Assembly (NCBI GenBank): GCA_016188965.1
Contig: JACPGT010000013.1
Span: forward strand, 116,609-180,608
DNA: 64,000 bases
From: Candidatus Micrarchaeota archaeon
Lineage (GTDB): Archaea > Micrarchaeota > Micrarchaeia > Norongarragalinales > Norongarragalinaceae
Direction: 5' to 3'
The notes under the pieces: model-generated
Seen by the model: the letters and a program-made list of their open reading frames with translations, nothing else
Databases searched by the model: none
What the model was told of the DNA's origin: nothing
Part shown: piece after piece, positions 54,234 to 63,812 of the stretch
Layout of the letters: each line of letters begins with the position of its first letter
Numbering within the stretch: position 1 is the first letter of the stretch
Program-made: the position numbers and the translations under genes

Positions 54234-54446
54234 ATGCAGGTCGTGTTTGAAGCGGAAATTCGACAAGTGGGGACATCTCTCGGCGTACTGATTCCGGCCA
54301 AAATAGTCCGACAGAAGCACTGGAAAAAAGGGACGCGGGTATTCGTTACGTTTCTGGATATCGACGAAAAGGCCATAAAAAAAGGATTCGGAATGGGAAA
54401 AGGGATGAAGCCGTACCAGAAAGTAAAATGGAGCAAATGGGAATAA
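54234..54446 (+). CDS. VapB-type antitoxin (AbrB/SpoVT-fold)
   Basis: MQVVFEAEIRQVGTSLGVLIPAKIVRQKHWKKGTRVFV. Preceded by an AT-rich box TTATATTATAATGTATATG and SD GGTGAGGTGG. Confidence 0.6.
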   Translation: MQVVFEAEIRQVGTSLGVLIPAKIVRQKHWKKGTRVFVTFLDIDEKAIKKGFGMGKGMKPYQKVKWSKWE

Positions 54447-54447
54447 C

Positions 54448-54822
54448 ATGCTACTGGACTCTTCCGCGTGGATCGAATACTTCCTTGCAACGGCTAAGGG
54501 AAAAAAAATCCTCCAATGGCTGACCGGCGGTCCTGCCTACGCCAGCGCCATCAGCTATGCCGAAATCACCCGGTGGGCATTGCGGTCAGGGCAATCGCCG
54601 GAACCTTTCATCCACCAGATGGAAAAGGTCGCCCGCGTTCTGCCAATGGAAAAAAACACGCTGGTCGCGGCCGGATACATGACTGCCGATCGCAAAAAAA
54701 CCCATGAAAAGTGGGGCTTGGCGGATGGGATCATGTATGCTACAGCCCGAAAACATGGCCTCGAATTGCTGACCGTGGATCACGATTTCAAAGGCCTTGA
54801 AAACGCCATCATCATCGAGTAG
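54448..54822 (+). CDS. VapC PIN-domain toxin
   Basis: MLLDSSAWIEYFL...AEITRWAL...TVDHDFKGL. Begins 2 nt after vapB. Confidence 0.75.
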   Translation: MLLDSSAWIEYFLATAKGKKILQWLTGGPAYASAISYAEITRWALRSGQSPEPFIHQMEKVARVLPMEKNTLVAAGYMTADRKKTHEKWGLADGIMYATARKHGLELLTVDHDFKGLENAIIIE

Positions 54823-54878
54823 GCGGACCCCCGCCCCCAAACCCTTAAAACCCCCTTTTGTCACTACTGACGGGTAGT

Positions 54879-55250
54879 ATGGGTTTTTTTGATTGGGCGT
54901 ATTCGGCGAAAGACGAGACGCTATGGCTTCTCGGCCTGCTCGTGGCCACTTTCGTCTTTCTAGGCATGGGTTCCGCCGGCTGGGGCACCGGAGCGTCGTT
55001 CAACGCCTGGGGCGCTTTTTTGGAAGTGTTCAAGGTCGTCATCGGCATCCAACTGGTCTTCGGATTCATCGCGTTGCTCTTGAGCCTGCTGCCGTTGGTG
55101 GTCGTCGTGCTCATCGGCCTTCTGGGCGCGTATTTGTTCAACCGCCTGGTCGGCTCCGTCAGCCTGACGGAAGGCATGGCGGCTCTGACGGGCGGCACGT
55201 CGTTGCAGAGCATCGTCGTGTTCGCCCTCATCGTGCTGCTGCTACTGTAA
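54879..55250 (+). CDS. Integral membrane protein (hypothetical)
   Basis: Three or four TM helices. ATG 54878-80 lies ~30 nt after the AACCCTTAAAA motif (leaderless). Confidence 0.4.
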   Translation: MGFFDWAYSAKDETLWLLGLLVATFVFLGMGSAGWGTGASFNAWGAFLEVFKVVIGIQLVFGFIALLLSLLPLVVVVLIGLLGAYLFNRLVGSVSLTEGMAALTGGTSLQSIVVFALIVLLLL

Positions 55251-55460
55251 AACGCAAACCGGCAACATCGCGACACGAAGGAAAAACCAAGAAAAAACTC
55301 ACGCACGGATGGCGGCGGCAGAGAAAGTCCGCCTCCGCAACAACCCTTAAAAACCTTCAACCCGTAAATCCATTCAGGCACGAATTTTTCGCCCGTTTTT
55401 GGTCCAGAGGCCTCCATTTGCGTCGGAAGGTTGCCGGGCCGGAAGAAAGGGAAAAACCAC

Positions 55461-57128
55461 ATGACGCCGAAAAAGCCGGAATCCGAACAGGAAGCACTCA
55501 TCAAAAGCCTGGCCAAGAAAACGGACGAGCACGAGTTCTACACGCCCATCCCCAAGAACTACCAATTTGGCAAGACCAAGTACGTGTTCGTGACCGGCTC
55601 CGTGATTTCCGGCGTGGGAAAAGGCATATTCTCCGCATCGTTATCCAAGCTCTTGAAGGACCAGGGCCTGCACGTGGAGGCCATGAAGTTCGACGGCTAC
55701 CTCAACGTGGATGCCGGCACCTTAAACCCCTACCGCCACGGCGAAGTGTTCGTGCTAGACGACGGCACGGAATGCGATATGGACCTCGGCACGTACGAGC
55801 GCTTCTTGGACCAGGACATCTCGAAAGACAACTATTTGACGGCCGGAAAACTCTTCTCGCAGATCATCGCCAAGGAACGCGCCGGCGAATACCTAGGCCG
55901 CGACGTGCAGTTCGTCCCGCACGTGACCGGCGAAATCAAGGCATTCATCCGCCATTTGGCGCTCAAGACTGAAGCGGACGTCGTCGTCATCGAAGTCGGC
56001 GGCACGGCGGGCGACATCGAATCGGCCTATTTCCTGGAAGCCCTGCGTGAACTGGCGTATGAAGAGGGCGCGGGCAACAGCTGCTTCGTCAACGTCACCT
56101 ACATCCTGAAGCCCTCCGCTTTGGGCGAACATAAGAGCAAGGCGGCACAACTGGGCATGCGCACGCTGATGAGCCTAGGAATCCAGCCGCAGCTGATCGT
56201 ATGCCGCTCGCGCGAGGCCATACCCGAGAAGATCCGTGAAAAACTATCCATCTTTTCCAACGTCCCCGTCGACCGCGTCATCGGTCTTGAGGATTTGCAA
56301 AGCATCTACCAGGTACCCTTGAAACTGAAGGAATGCAAAGCCGACGAAACGGTGTGCGACATCCTGCAACTCAAGGGCAAGCTCAAGGCGCAGGAAAAGG
56401 CGTTGGCGCTTTGGGAAGAATTCGAAAAGAAGATGCACGAAGCGAAGAAGGAAGTTCACGTGGCCATCACCGGCAAATACACCGGCTTGCATGACGCGTA
56501 CGCGTCCATCCTCAACGCCTTGGAGCACGCCGGCGAAGCGAATCGCGCGCACGTCAACGTGCACTGGGTAGACACCACCAAAATCGAGACGCTGAAAGAA
56601 GCTTCCGAGGCGCTCAAGGGCATGGATGGCGTCATCGTGCCCGGCGGATTCGGCGCCCGCGGAGTGGAAGGCAAAATCCTCTGCGTCCAACACTGCCGCG
56701 AAAACTCCGTGCCGTACTTCGGCTTGTGTTATGGATTCCAGATGGCCGTCATCGAATTCGCGCGCAACGTCTGCAGCATCAAGGGCGCGCACACGACGGA
56801 AGTCGAGCCGGAATGCAAGGACGACGTCATCGACATCCTGCCGGAACAGAAGGAAAAGGAAGGACTTGGCGGCAACATGCGCCTCGGCGGGCACAAAGTC
56901 GAGATCAAGAAGGGGACGCTGGCCGAGAAATTGTACGGCGATTCGTCGGCGCACGAGCGCTTCCGCCACCGCTACGAATGCAACCCAAAGTACATCGACG
57001 TCTTGGAAAAAGCCGGCCTCGTGTTTTCCGGCAAAGCGCCGCACCACCCCATCATGCAGATTCTGGAGCTTCCCGAATCCAAACACCCGTTCTTCGTGGG
57101 GGTTCAGTTCCACCCCGAATTCACCTCC
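55461..57128 (+). CDS. pyrG: CTP synthase, with a ~30-aa N-terminal extension and lacking the last ~25 residues (no in-frame stop until 57890)
   Basis: KYVFVTGSVISGVGKGI P-loop, the glutaminase triad region GLCYGFQ, and ...FFVGVQFHPEFTS, after which the frame runs into an unrelated gene. Confidence 0.85.
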
Positions 57129-57129
57129 C

Positions 57130-57813
57130 GCCGGCATCGGCGCCGCTTGCGCCAAGGCGTTCGCCGACAAAGGGGCGCGCGTGGTCATCCACTACAAGTC
57201 GGCCAAGACCAAAAAAGAAGCCGAAAAAATCGCCAAACAGTGCAGGGCCGAACGGTGCGTGCAAGCCGACGTCGAGTCGTTGGACGAATGCAAGAAGCTC
57301 ATCGACGCCGTGGTGAAGAAATGCGGCCGCATCGACGTCTTGGTGAACAACGCCGGAATGAACACGCCTACACCCGTCGGCAAGACGGACGCGGCCACGT
57401 GGGAAAAAATCGTCAACACCAACCTCCGCGCTCCCTTCTTCCTCGTCCAGTACGCGTTGCCACACCTGCCCGCCGGCTCGGCCATCGTCAACCTAGCATC
57501 CATCCGCAGCTTCCGCACCCGGCCCAGCGTCGCTGTGTACTCGCTGACCAAAGCCGGCGTCAAGTCGCTGACGGAGACGATGGCCAACGAACTGGCGCCC
57601 GGCATCCGGGTGAACGCCATCGCGCCAGGCTACGTCGACACCGACATGTTGCGTGCTTTTCCACCGGAAAAAATCGAACAATTCCGACAAAGCGCGGCAC
57701 TGAAGCGGATCATCCGACCCGACGAAATCGCCCACGCAGCCGTCTTTTTGGCCGAGAACGACGCCGTCACCGGCCACACCCTTGTCGTGGACGGCGGCTA
57801 TTTGATCCAATGA
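57130..57813 (+). CDS. Short-chain dehydrogenase/reductase (FabG-like), missing ~12 N-terminal residues and its own start codon
   Basis: Frame +1 relative to pyrG: (A)GIGAACAKAFADKGARVVIHY...NNAG...YSLTKAGVKSLT (S-Y-K catalytic residues)...VDGGYLIQ*. Confidence 0.8.
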   Translation, partial: AGIGAACAKAFADKGARVVIHYKSAKTKKEAEKIAKQCRAERCVQADVESLDECKKLIDAVVKKCGRIDVLVNNAGMNTPTPVGKTDAATWEKIVNTNLRAPFFLVQYALPHLPAGSAIVNLASIRSFRTRPSVAVYSLTKAGVKSLTETMANELAPGIRVNAIAPGYVDTDMLRAFPPEKIEQFRQSAALKRIIRPDEIAHAAVFLAENDAVTGHTLVVDGGYLIQ

Positions 57814-57891
57814 CTCGCTGGGGGCCAAAAACAAAAACTCACCGGCCAGTTCGTCCAACGATTTTTATCCCGCATTCGGCACCGCTGTAGC

Positions 57892-58680
57892 ATGCTCATC
57901 GTACGACAATACTATTCGGCCGACTTCGTGCCGGTGCTGCAAGCCGAAGGATGCGACATCGTGCTTTCCAATGGCGCGACCGTGAACCTGGCATTGTCCA
58001 CAGACGTTTACTGCTTAGGCTACACGCAGCAAGGCGCGCGCCATGACTGTCCGAAAAAAGCGACGGGCAAAAAGCAATGCGCGACGTGCGCCAAGGAAGA
58101 TGATTTCCTATCGTGCCTGCGGTGCGACGGCGCCACGTGCCTACAGTTCACGCCGCAATGGAAGGAGGATTGCTTCGGCAAGGATTATACCGTGTACCTG
58201 GCCAGTTTCGGCGACAAAGTCAAAGCGGGCGTGACCCAGACTGCGCGCGTGCGCAAACGGTGGGTCGAACAGGGCGCCGATTATGCCGTGCGCGTCTTTT
58301 CCGGCCTCAACGGCCAACAAGCCCGCGTCATCGAATCCGCTTTGGTGCGTTCCGGTTACATCGGGCGGCACACCACGGCGGAAAAACTTCAGTTGCCGAC
58401 GCCGGTGGAATCCGCCATCCAAGACGAGTTGGAAAGCGATTCAATCCGCCGAGTCACGAAGTTGTTCCAGAAGAACGCTTTGGAGCCGAAAATCGAGAGC
58501 ATGCAAAGCCACTACCCGGCTATTACCACGGCAAAAAGCACGGATTACCTCAACGGCACGGTGTTGGGGGCCAAAGGACCCGTGCTGTTTTTGGAGCAGA
58601 ACGGCGCCGACCGCGTCTTCGGCCTGCCGAACGCCGTGGGCCGCAAGGTCCTGACGCACACGTTGTCCGCATTTGCCTGA
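57892..58680 (+). CDS. Hypothetical protein with Cys cluster (CPKK...CATC...CLRCDGATC)
   Basis: Clean 262-aa ORF; possible zinc-ribbon. Confidence 0.45.
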   Translation: MLIVRQYYSADFVPVLQAEGCDIVLSNGATVNLALSTDVYCLGYTQQGARHDCPKKATGKKQCATCAKEDDFLSCLRCDGATCLQFTPQWKEDCFGKDYTVYLASFGDKVKAGVTQTARVRKRWVEQGADYAVRVFSGLNGQQARVIESALVRSGYIGRHTTAEKLQLPTPVESAIQDELESDSIRRVTKLFQKNALEPKIESMQSHYPAITTAKSTDYLNGTVLGAKGPVLFLEQNGADRVFGLPNAVGRKVLTHTLSAFA

Positions 58681-58916
58681 TTTCCTGGAAAAAAGGGCGC
58701 AACGCGACGGCTCTGTTGAAAGAGTCAAAGAAGCAACGGATGATGCCATGGCGGAAGGCAACTGGAAAACGAAAGCAACGACAAATTCCTTCGGCAACTG
58801 CAAACGCCTTTCATTTATTTTGTTTCAAACCAAAACGCTTTTTTTCCTCTTTTTCCGATTTTCAACAAGACCCAACGCAGCGCGGGATTTATTAATTTGG
58901 CACCGCCTACAGCACA

Positions 58917-59399
58917 GTGATGAACGTCTTGATCGTGTATGAAGGCGCAGCCGTGAAACCGTTGGCCGACGCCATCGCGCAAGGCGCGCAGGAATTGAAT
59001 GCGACGGTGGCCGTCAAGACCGCAGCGGAAAAACCGCCGTGGGCAGGTTGCGACTTCGTCTTCGCCGGCGGGATGCTGGATAAAGGATTCTCCGTCCAGA
59101 AATACCTGGAAACAAAAGACGTCTCCAAGACCAAGTTGGCGCTTTTCTGCGTAAAGAAAGGCGCCGGCAACCTCGACTTGGCCGTCCAGACGCTGCAGCA
59201 GAAAGGGGCGCAAGTGGAGAGGAACACCTTTTCCGCCCAACTGCAGGGACCTCTGTCCTTCGTCGGCGTGGGCAAGCTGAAGGATGCCGACTTGATTCGT
59301 GCCCGCGGATTCGGCGAACGCACGCTGAACGTGGCATTCAGCTTGGGCATCGCGAAGGATACGGAAAAAGCCGACAAAATCAAGGGCTACGTCAAATAA
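58917..59399 (+). CDS. Hypothetical protein, possibly flavodoxin-like fold
   Basis: MNVLIVYEGAAVKPLADAIAQGAQ resembles a flavodoxin-fold N-terminus. TATA-like TTTATTAAT lies ~25 nt upstream. Confidence 0.35.
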   Translation: MMNVLIVYEGAAVKPLADAIAQGAQELNATVAVKTAAEKPPWAGCDFVFAGGMLDKGFSVQKYLETKDVSKTKLALFCVKKGAGNLDLAVQTLQQKGAQVERNTFSAQLQGPLSFVGVGKLKDADLIRARGFGERTLNVAFSLGIAKDTEKADKIKGYVK

Positions 59400-59499
59400 A
59401 CGAAAAAAAGAAGAATCCTTCAAAAAAAGCAGTGGCGAAATCCGAAAAAAGGACGGGATCGTTGCACAAGTCGCCTTTTTGCAAAGCGTTGACTTCTTT

Positions 59500-60069
59500 T
59501 CAAAGCGTCCGGATGGTGGGCAAAAGCCGTCCTTCCAAGGCATGCCGCTCAACGCGCAGGTTCAACTCGTGGAACTTGCGAGTGAGGTACTTGCGCACGC
59601 GGAACTCCCACTCCGGATGGATGCTGAACACGCCGTTGTCCGACAGCTTGACCAAGCAGATGTTGAGGCGGCCTTCGTGGTCCTTGTACTCGGTGAAGCG
59701 TTTGGCGTTCTGGTGGAAGAATTTCTGCACCTGTTCCTCGGAAAAGAGGCTCTTGGAATCCGACGCGCCGGGAAAAAAGGAGAAAGGCGCCAAAAGCGCG
59801 TTACCGGCCTGTTGCGCCAGGATGGCGCTTTCCGCCGCTTCGTCCATGTGACGCAGGCGGCCGAGGGCCGACGTCTTGAGCGAATCGACCAATGCGTCCA
59901 GTTCCTTAGAGTCACGCTTGCCGGCCACCGCGCCCTGCACGTACACGTAGACGTCTTCCGGCGTCTCGGGCCCGTTGACCAGGCAGTACAACGCCAACAG
60001 GTGCAGCTTGGAGATGCGGCTCCAGCGGTAGGCGTCGTCCAACAGGTTCAGCAGTTCTTTCTGAAGCAT
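59500..60069 (-). CDS. Hypothetical helical protein
   Basis: Start MLQKELLNLLDDAYRWSRISKLHLL chosen inside the longer ORF. Confidence 0.45.
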   Translation of the reverse strand: MLQKELLNLLDDAYRWSRISKLHLLALYCLVNGPETPEDVYVYVQGAVAGKRDSKELDALVDSLKTSALGRLRHMDEAAESAILAQQAGNALLAPFSFFPGASDSKSLFSEEQVQKFFHQNAKRFTEYKDHEGRLNICLVKLSDNGVFSIHPEWEFRVRKYLTRKFHELNLRVERHALEGRLLPTIRTL

Positions 60070-60230
60070 GGGGAGTGAACCGCAGATACAACGTGGCGAT
60101 GTAATATTAGGCTTGGGAAACAGTGGCGGCGAAAAAAGCCGAAGACTCAAAAGGAAGCGAAGGCAAACCCCCCAAAAAGAAAAGCTAGGCGCCCCAAAAG
60201 AAAAGCAGAGTGCGCGCGAATCGGAGGGAA

Positions 60231-61730
60231 TCACTCATACCGAATCGTCGCCGGCGGCTTCTGAGAAATATCGTAAAAGACCCTATTGACGCCTTCGACT
60301 TCGCCCAGAATGCGCGAAGCGACTTTCTGCAAGAGCTCCGGCGGCAGACGAACCCAGTCCGCCGTCATCACGTCCTTGCTCTCGACCGCCCGCAGCACGA
60401 TGGGGTATTCATACGAGCGTTCGTCGCCCTTGACGCCGACGGTGCGCACCGGCAGGATGGCGGCGAAAGCCTCGAACATCCTGTCGTACCATCCGGCTTT
60501 CCGCAATTCGTCGATGAAAATGTAATCCGCCTCGCGTACGGCGTGCAACTTGTCCGGCGTGACTTCCCCGACGACGTTGATGGCCAAACCAGGACCGGGG
60601 AACGGGTGGCGCTTGAGGATGGCCTCCGGCACGCCCAATTGTTTTCCAAGTTGGCGGACTTCGTCCTTGTACAATTCGGCCAAAGGCTCCAACACCTTCC
60701 ACTTCATCTTCTCCGGCAGAGTCAGGTTGTGGTGGCTCTTGATCTTGGACGTGGCCTTGCCGCCGGCGGCCGCGCTTTCCACGCGGTCAGAAAAAATGGT
60801 GCCCTGCGCCAAGTATCCGACGTCGGGGACGCTCTGCGCCGCCTTTTCGAACGTTTCGACAAAGAGGTGGCCGATGATCTTGCGCTTCTTCTCCGGATCG
60901 CTCACGCCCTTGAGCGCGTACAGGAATTCCTTGGACGCATCGACAAAGACGAAGTGGTCGAAGTCGTTGAAGAATTCCTGGATTTCTCGAGTCTCGTTCT
61001 TGCGCATCAGGCCGGTGTCAACGTAAATGGGAAACAATTTTTTGCCGACGGCTTGCCGCAGCAGGAAGGCCGCGACGGTAGAGTCCACGCCGCCGGACAC
61101 GCCGATGACGACGTTCTGCGAACCCACGCGCTGGCGCATCTCGGCGATGAGCGCGTCCTTCGAAAACGTGCCGGGCGTTTTTTTGGCTTTGCAGATGGTA
61201 AACGCGAAGTTCTGAAGCACCGCGTTGCCGCAGGGCGTGTGGTGCACTTCCGGGTGGAACTGAAGGCCATAAATCGAACCCTTGGCGTAGGCCGCGATCG
61301 AGTCGCCGCTTTTGGCCAGGACTTCAAAGCCGGAGGGAAGCACCAACACGCTGTCACCGTGCGAATACCACACTTTTTCTTTAGGATGCAATCCGTCCAG
61401 CACGCCTTCGGCCTTGACCACGTCCAGTTCGCGTTCGCCGTACTCACGCGTGGCGCGCTCGACTTTCCCGCCGAAATGGTTCGCGATGAATTGGTGGCCA
61501 TAGCAGAGGCCGAGGATGGGAATGCCCAGGTCGAAGACCTTCGAATCGGGCCGGGGCGCGTTCGAAGCATAGACGCTGGACGGACCTCCCGAAAAGACAA
61601 TGCCCTGCACGCCGGCAATCTCGGCCGCTGGCACGTCGTGGGCAAAGAGGCGGACCGGCACGTGCAAGTCGCGCAGGCGCCGCGCGATCAAGTGCGTGTA
61701 TTGACCTCCGAAGTCCAGTACGGCAATCAT
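60231..61730 (-). CDS. guaA: GMP synthase (glutamine-hydrolysing), fused GATase + ATP-PPase form
   Basis: MIAVLDFGGQYTHLIARRLRDL..LGLCYGHQ...VIGVSGGVDSTV...IRYE (C-terminal). Confidence 0.9.
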   Translation of the reverse strand: MIAVLDFGGQYTHLIARRLRDLHVPVRLFAHDVPAAEIAGVQGIVFSGGPSSVYASNAPRPDSKVFDLGIPILGLCYGHQFIANHFGGKVERATREYGERELDVVKAEGVLDGLHPKEKVWYSHGDSVLVLPSGFEVLAKSGDSIAAYAKGSIYGLQFHPEVHHTPCGNAVLQNFAFTICKAKKTPGTFSKDALIAEMRQRVGSQNVVIGVSGGVDSTVAAFLLRQAVGKKLFPIYVDTGLMRKNETREIQEFFNDFDHFVFVDASKEFLYALKGVSDPEKKRKIIGHLFVETFEKAAQSVPDVGYLAQGTIFSDRVESAAAGGKATSKIKSHHNLTLPEKMKWKVLEPLAELYKDEVRQLGKQLGVPEAILKRHPFPGPGLAINVVGEVTPDKLHAVREADYIFIDELRKAGWYDRMFEAFAAILPVRTVGVKGDERSYEYPIVLRAVESKDVMTADWVRLPPELLQKVASRILGEVEGVNRVFYDISQKPPATIRYE

Positions 61731-61747
61731 GAAAGCATTCCTTCGGG

Positions 61748-62845
61748 CTATCGCTTAGCGTAGTTGGCCGTGTCGTCAAAGTCCATCAACGAATGCGGGT
61801 GGCTCTCGGTGAAACCCGACGACGTGATGCGCACGAAACGCGCTTTCTTTTGGAATTCGTCAAGATTCTTGGCGCCGACATACACCATGGCCTTGCGCAA
61901 GCCGCCTTCGAACTGCGTGATGACGTCCTCGACCGAGCCGCGGTACTTCGTCAAACCGGAGACGCCTTCCGGAACATGGCTTTTCTTGAACGCGTCATAC
62001 CGGTTGGCATGGTTGGCCTTAAGCGATTCGACCGAACCCATGCCTCGATATTTTTTGTATTTCTGTCCGTCGACCTCGACCAATTCACCCGGCGACTCGT
62101 CGCAACCGGCGAAGATATTGCCCATCATGCCGCACGACGCACCGGCGGCAATGGCTTTGGCCAAATCGCCGGAGTACTTGATGCCTCCGTCGGCGATGAC
62201 GGGAACCTTGTGTTGGGAAGCAACGTCGGCCACTTCGCTCACGGCCGTCAATTGCGGGACACCAATCCCAGTAACTACCCTCGTGACACATATACTACCG
62301 GGCCCAAGACCAGTTCGGAGTCCGTCGGCTCCAGCCGAAATCATCTGCTCGGCCGCTTCGCGGGATACGATGTTGCCAGCCACCACGTCGGCACCCATCT
62401 TCTTGTACCGCTTGACAGCCTCGATGACGCTTTTACGGAAGCCATGCGCCGTGTCGATGACCAAAAAGTCGACTTCCTTGGCCAACAAGGCCGAGACGCG
62501 TTCGTCGTCCTGCGGTCCCACGGCGGCGCCCACAGGCAGTTCTTGGGCCTTGACGTAAGCCACGTGCTCGACTTGCTTGGCAACCGGGATGTTGTAGTGA
62601 ATCACACCGATTGCTCCCCGTTTGGCCATGGCAACCGCCAATTTACCCTCGGTGACGGTGTCCATGGGCGAAGAAACGATGGGGACCTGGATCTTGAGGT
62701 TGCGCGTAATATGGGTGGACACATCGATGTCGGCGATGGCGACTTCCGAGTAGCCGGGTTGCAGAAGGACGTCGTCAAACGTGATGGCTTCCGGCGCGTC
62801 GGTCAGCTTCTTGGTAAATCCAGTCGATCCGGCCATGTAAACCAC
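61748..62845 (-). CDS. guaB: IMP dehydrogenase-family protein lacking the CBS subdomain (365 aa)
   Basis: ITFDDVLLQPGYSEV...VSSPMDTVTE...GIGVIH...ADGGIKYSGD...GSICVTR. Confidence 0.8.
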   Translation of the reverse strand: MVYMAGSTGFTKKLTDAPEAITFDDVLLQPGYSEVAIADIDVSTHITRNLKIQVPIVSSPMDTVTEGKLAVAMAKRGAIGVIHYNIPVAKQVEHVAYVKAQELPVGAAVGPQDDERVSALLAKEVDFLVIDTAHGFRKSVIEAVKRYKKMGADVVAGNIVSREAAEQMISAGADGLRTGLGPGSICVTRVVTGIGVPQLTAVSEVADVASQHKVPVIADGGIKYSGDLAKAIAAGASCGMMGNIFAGCDESPGELVEVDGQKYKKYRGMGSVESLKANHANRYDAFKKSHVPEGVSGLTKYRGSVEDVITQFEGGLRKAMVYVGAKNLDEFQKKARFVRITSSGFTESHPHSLMDFDDTANYAKR

Positions 62846-62978
62846 TCGCGATGTTCTTGAAAAAAACCGTCCGGGCTGGAGGGGAAAAAAAGTTCAAGCA
62901 CGCAAAAGTGCTTTCTTTTTTAATTGGTCGAATCAGGTTAAAAAGGGTTGCGAGGGCATGGTTCTGTTCAGTTAACGG

Positions 62979-63371
62979 TTGGTCGGAAGTGCCGTTCGGT
63001 TGGTGTTCAAAACGGTTGGCGCAATGGAACCTCAAAACAAACAGCCAAATGCAGACAAAACGGGCATTAAAAGACCGGAACCTAACTACCTAATGGATAA
63101 AGTTTGGGCGAATTTAACAACAACTTTATTCCTTTTTGTAGTGGCGCTAAGCCTAATCGTACCCCTATTCTTTCATAACTTTGTTGGAAACTATTTTTCT
63201 GACCTGCTTTCAGTTTTAAAACTAGTTTACGATTTGGCCGCAACCACCAACTTCGCCCCGATTCAAAGGGCATTAGCCTTAGCCCTTTTCGCAATAATCT
63301 ACCTTTTCTCGGACAAGACCAGAGCCTACGAGCCAATGCAAAAGTTTGCACAAAAATACATGGGGCTCTAA
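62979..63371 (+). CDS. Hypothetical membrane protein in the low-GC tail
   Basis: GC about 40 %. TM helices LFLFVVALSLIVPLFF... An ATG at 63024 is an alternative start. Confidence 0.35.
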   Translation: MVGSAVRLVFKTVGAMEPQNKQPNADKTGIKRPEPNYLMDKVWANLTTTLFLFVVALSLIVPLFFHNFVGNYFSDLLSVLKLVYDLAATTNFAPIQRALALALFAIIYLFSDKTRAYEPMQKFAQKYMGL

Positions 63372-63812
63372 ATGAACGGCTTTGAAAGCGATAAAATAGT
63401 AAACGCAATTGACGAGGGTTCAATAGACCAGTTGTTGTTAGGGGCAACATTGGCCGCAGGCGCTTTACTGCTCGGATTCAAAGAATACTTCAAAGACAAC
63501 CTACAAGCCACAGTAATATTCTATCTAATTTTAGCACTCCTACTGATATTCGTAGTACGCGCCACCGGAATTCTATTCAAGCGACCCTTATTGAAAAACT
63601 TGTCAAAGTTTTTGTTCTCGATACTATTGTTCTTTTTCTGGCTTGTGGCAATTTACTTCACTATTGCCGCAGTCATCACTCCGGCCATTTTTTCGCTACT
63701 CAACGCAATCTACCTCAAGGGCATAGCCGTCCTGATTCAACCCTATTTCGCCATCGTGCAAGAACTCATCGCATTTTATATTTTTATGAAACTTGAAGAA
63801 CTCACACAGTAG
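63372..63812 (+). CDS. Hypothetical membrane protein in the low-GC tail
   Basis: Four predicted TM helices; starts at the upstream stop. Confidence 0.4.
   Translation: MNGFESDKIVNAIDEGSIDQLLLGATLAAGALLLGFKEYFKDNLQATVIFYLILALLLIFVVRATGILFKRPLLKNLSKFLFSILLFFFWLVAIYFTIAAVITPAIFSLLNAIYLKGIAVLIQPYFAIVQELIAFYIFMKLEELTQ

Noticed and set aside
57117-57122. EcoRI site at the pyrG/SDR breakpoint as evidence of a cloning chimera
   Set aside because: A single 6-mer is expected by chance every few kb. It is noted in the finding but not treated as evidence.
62896-62925. Hairpin aagcac-gcaaaa-gtgctt followed by tcttttttaatt read as a plus-strand intrinsic terminator
   Set aside because: No plus-strand gene ends upstream of it (guaB/guaA are minus-strand). 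It more likely belongs to the AT-rich divergent promoter region.
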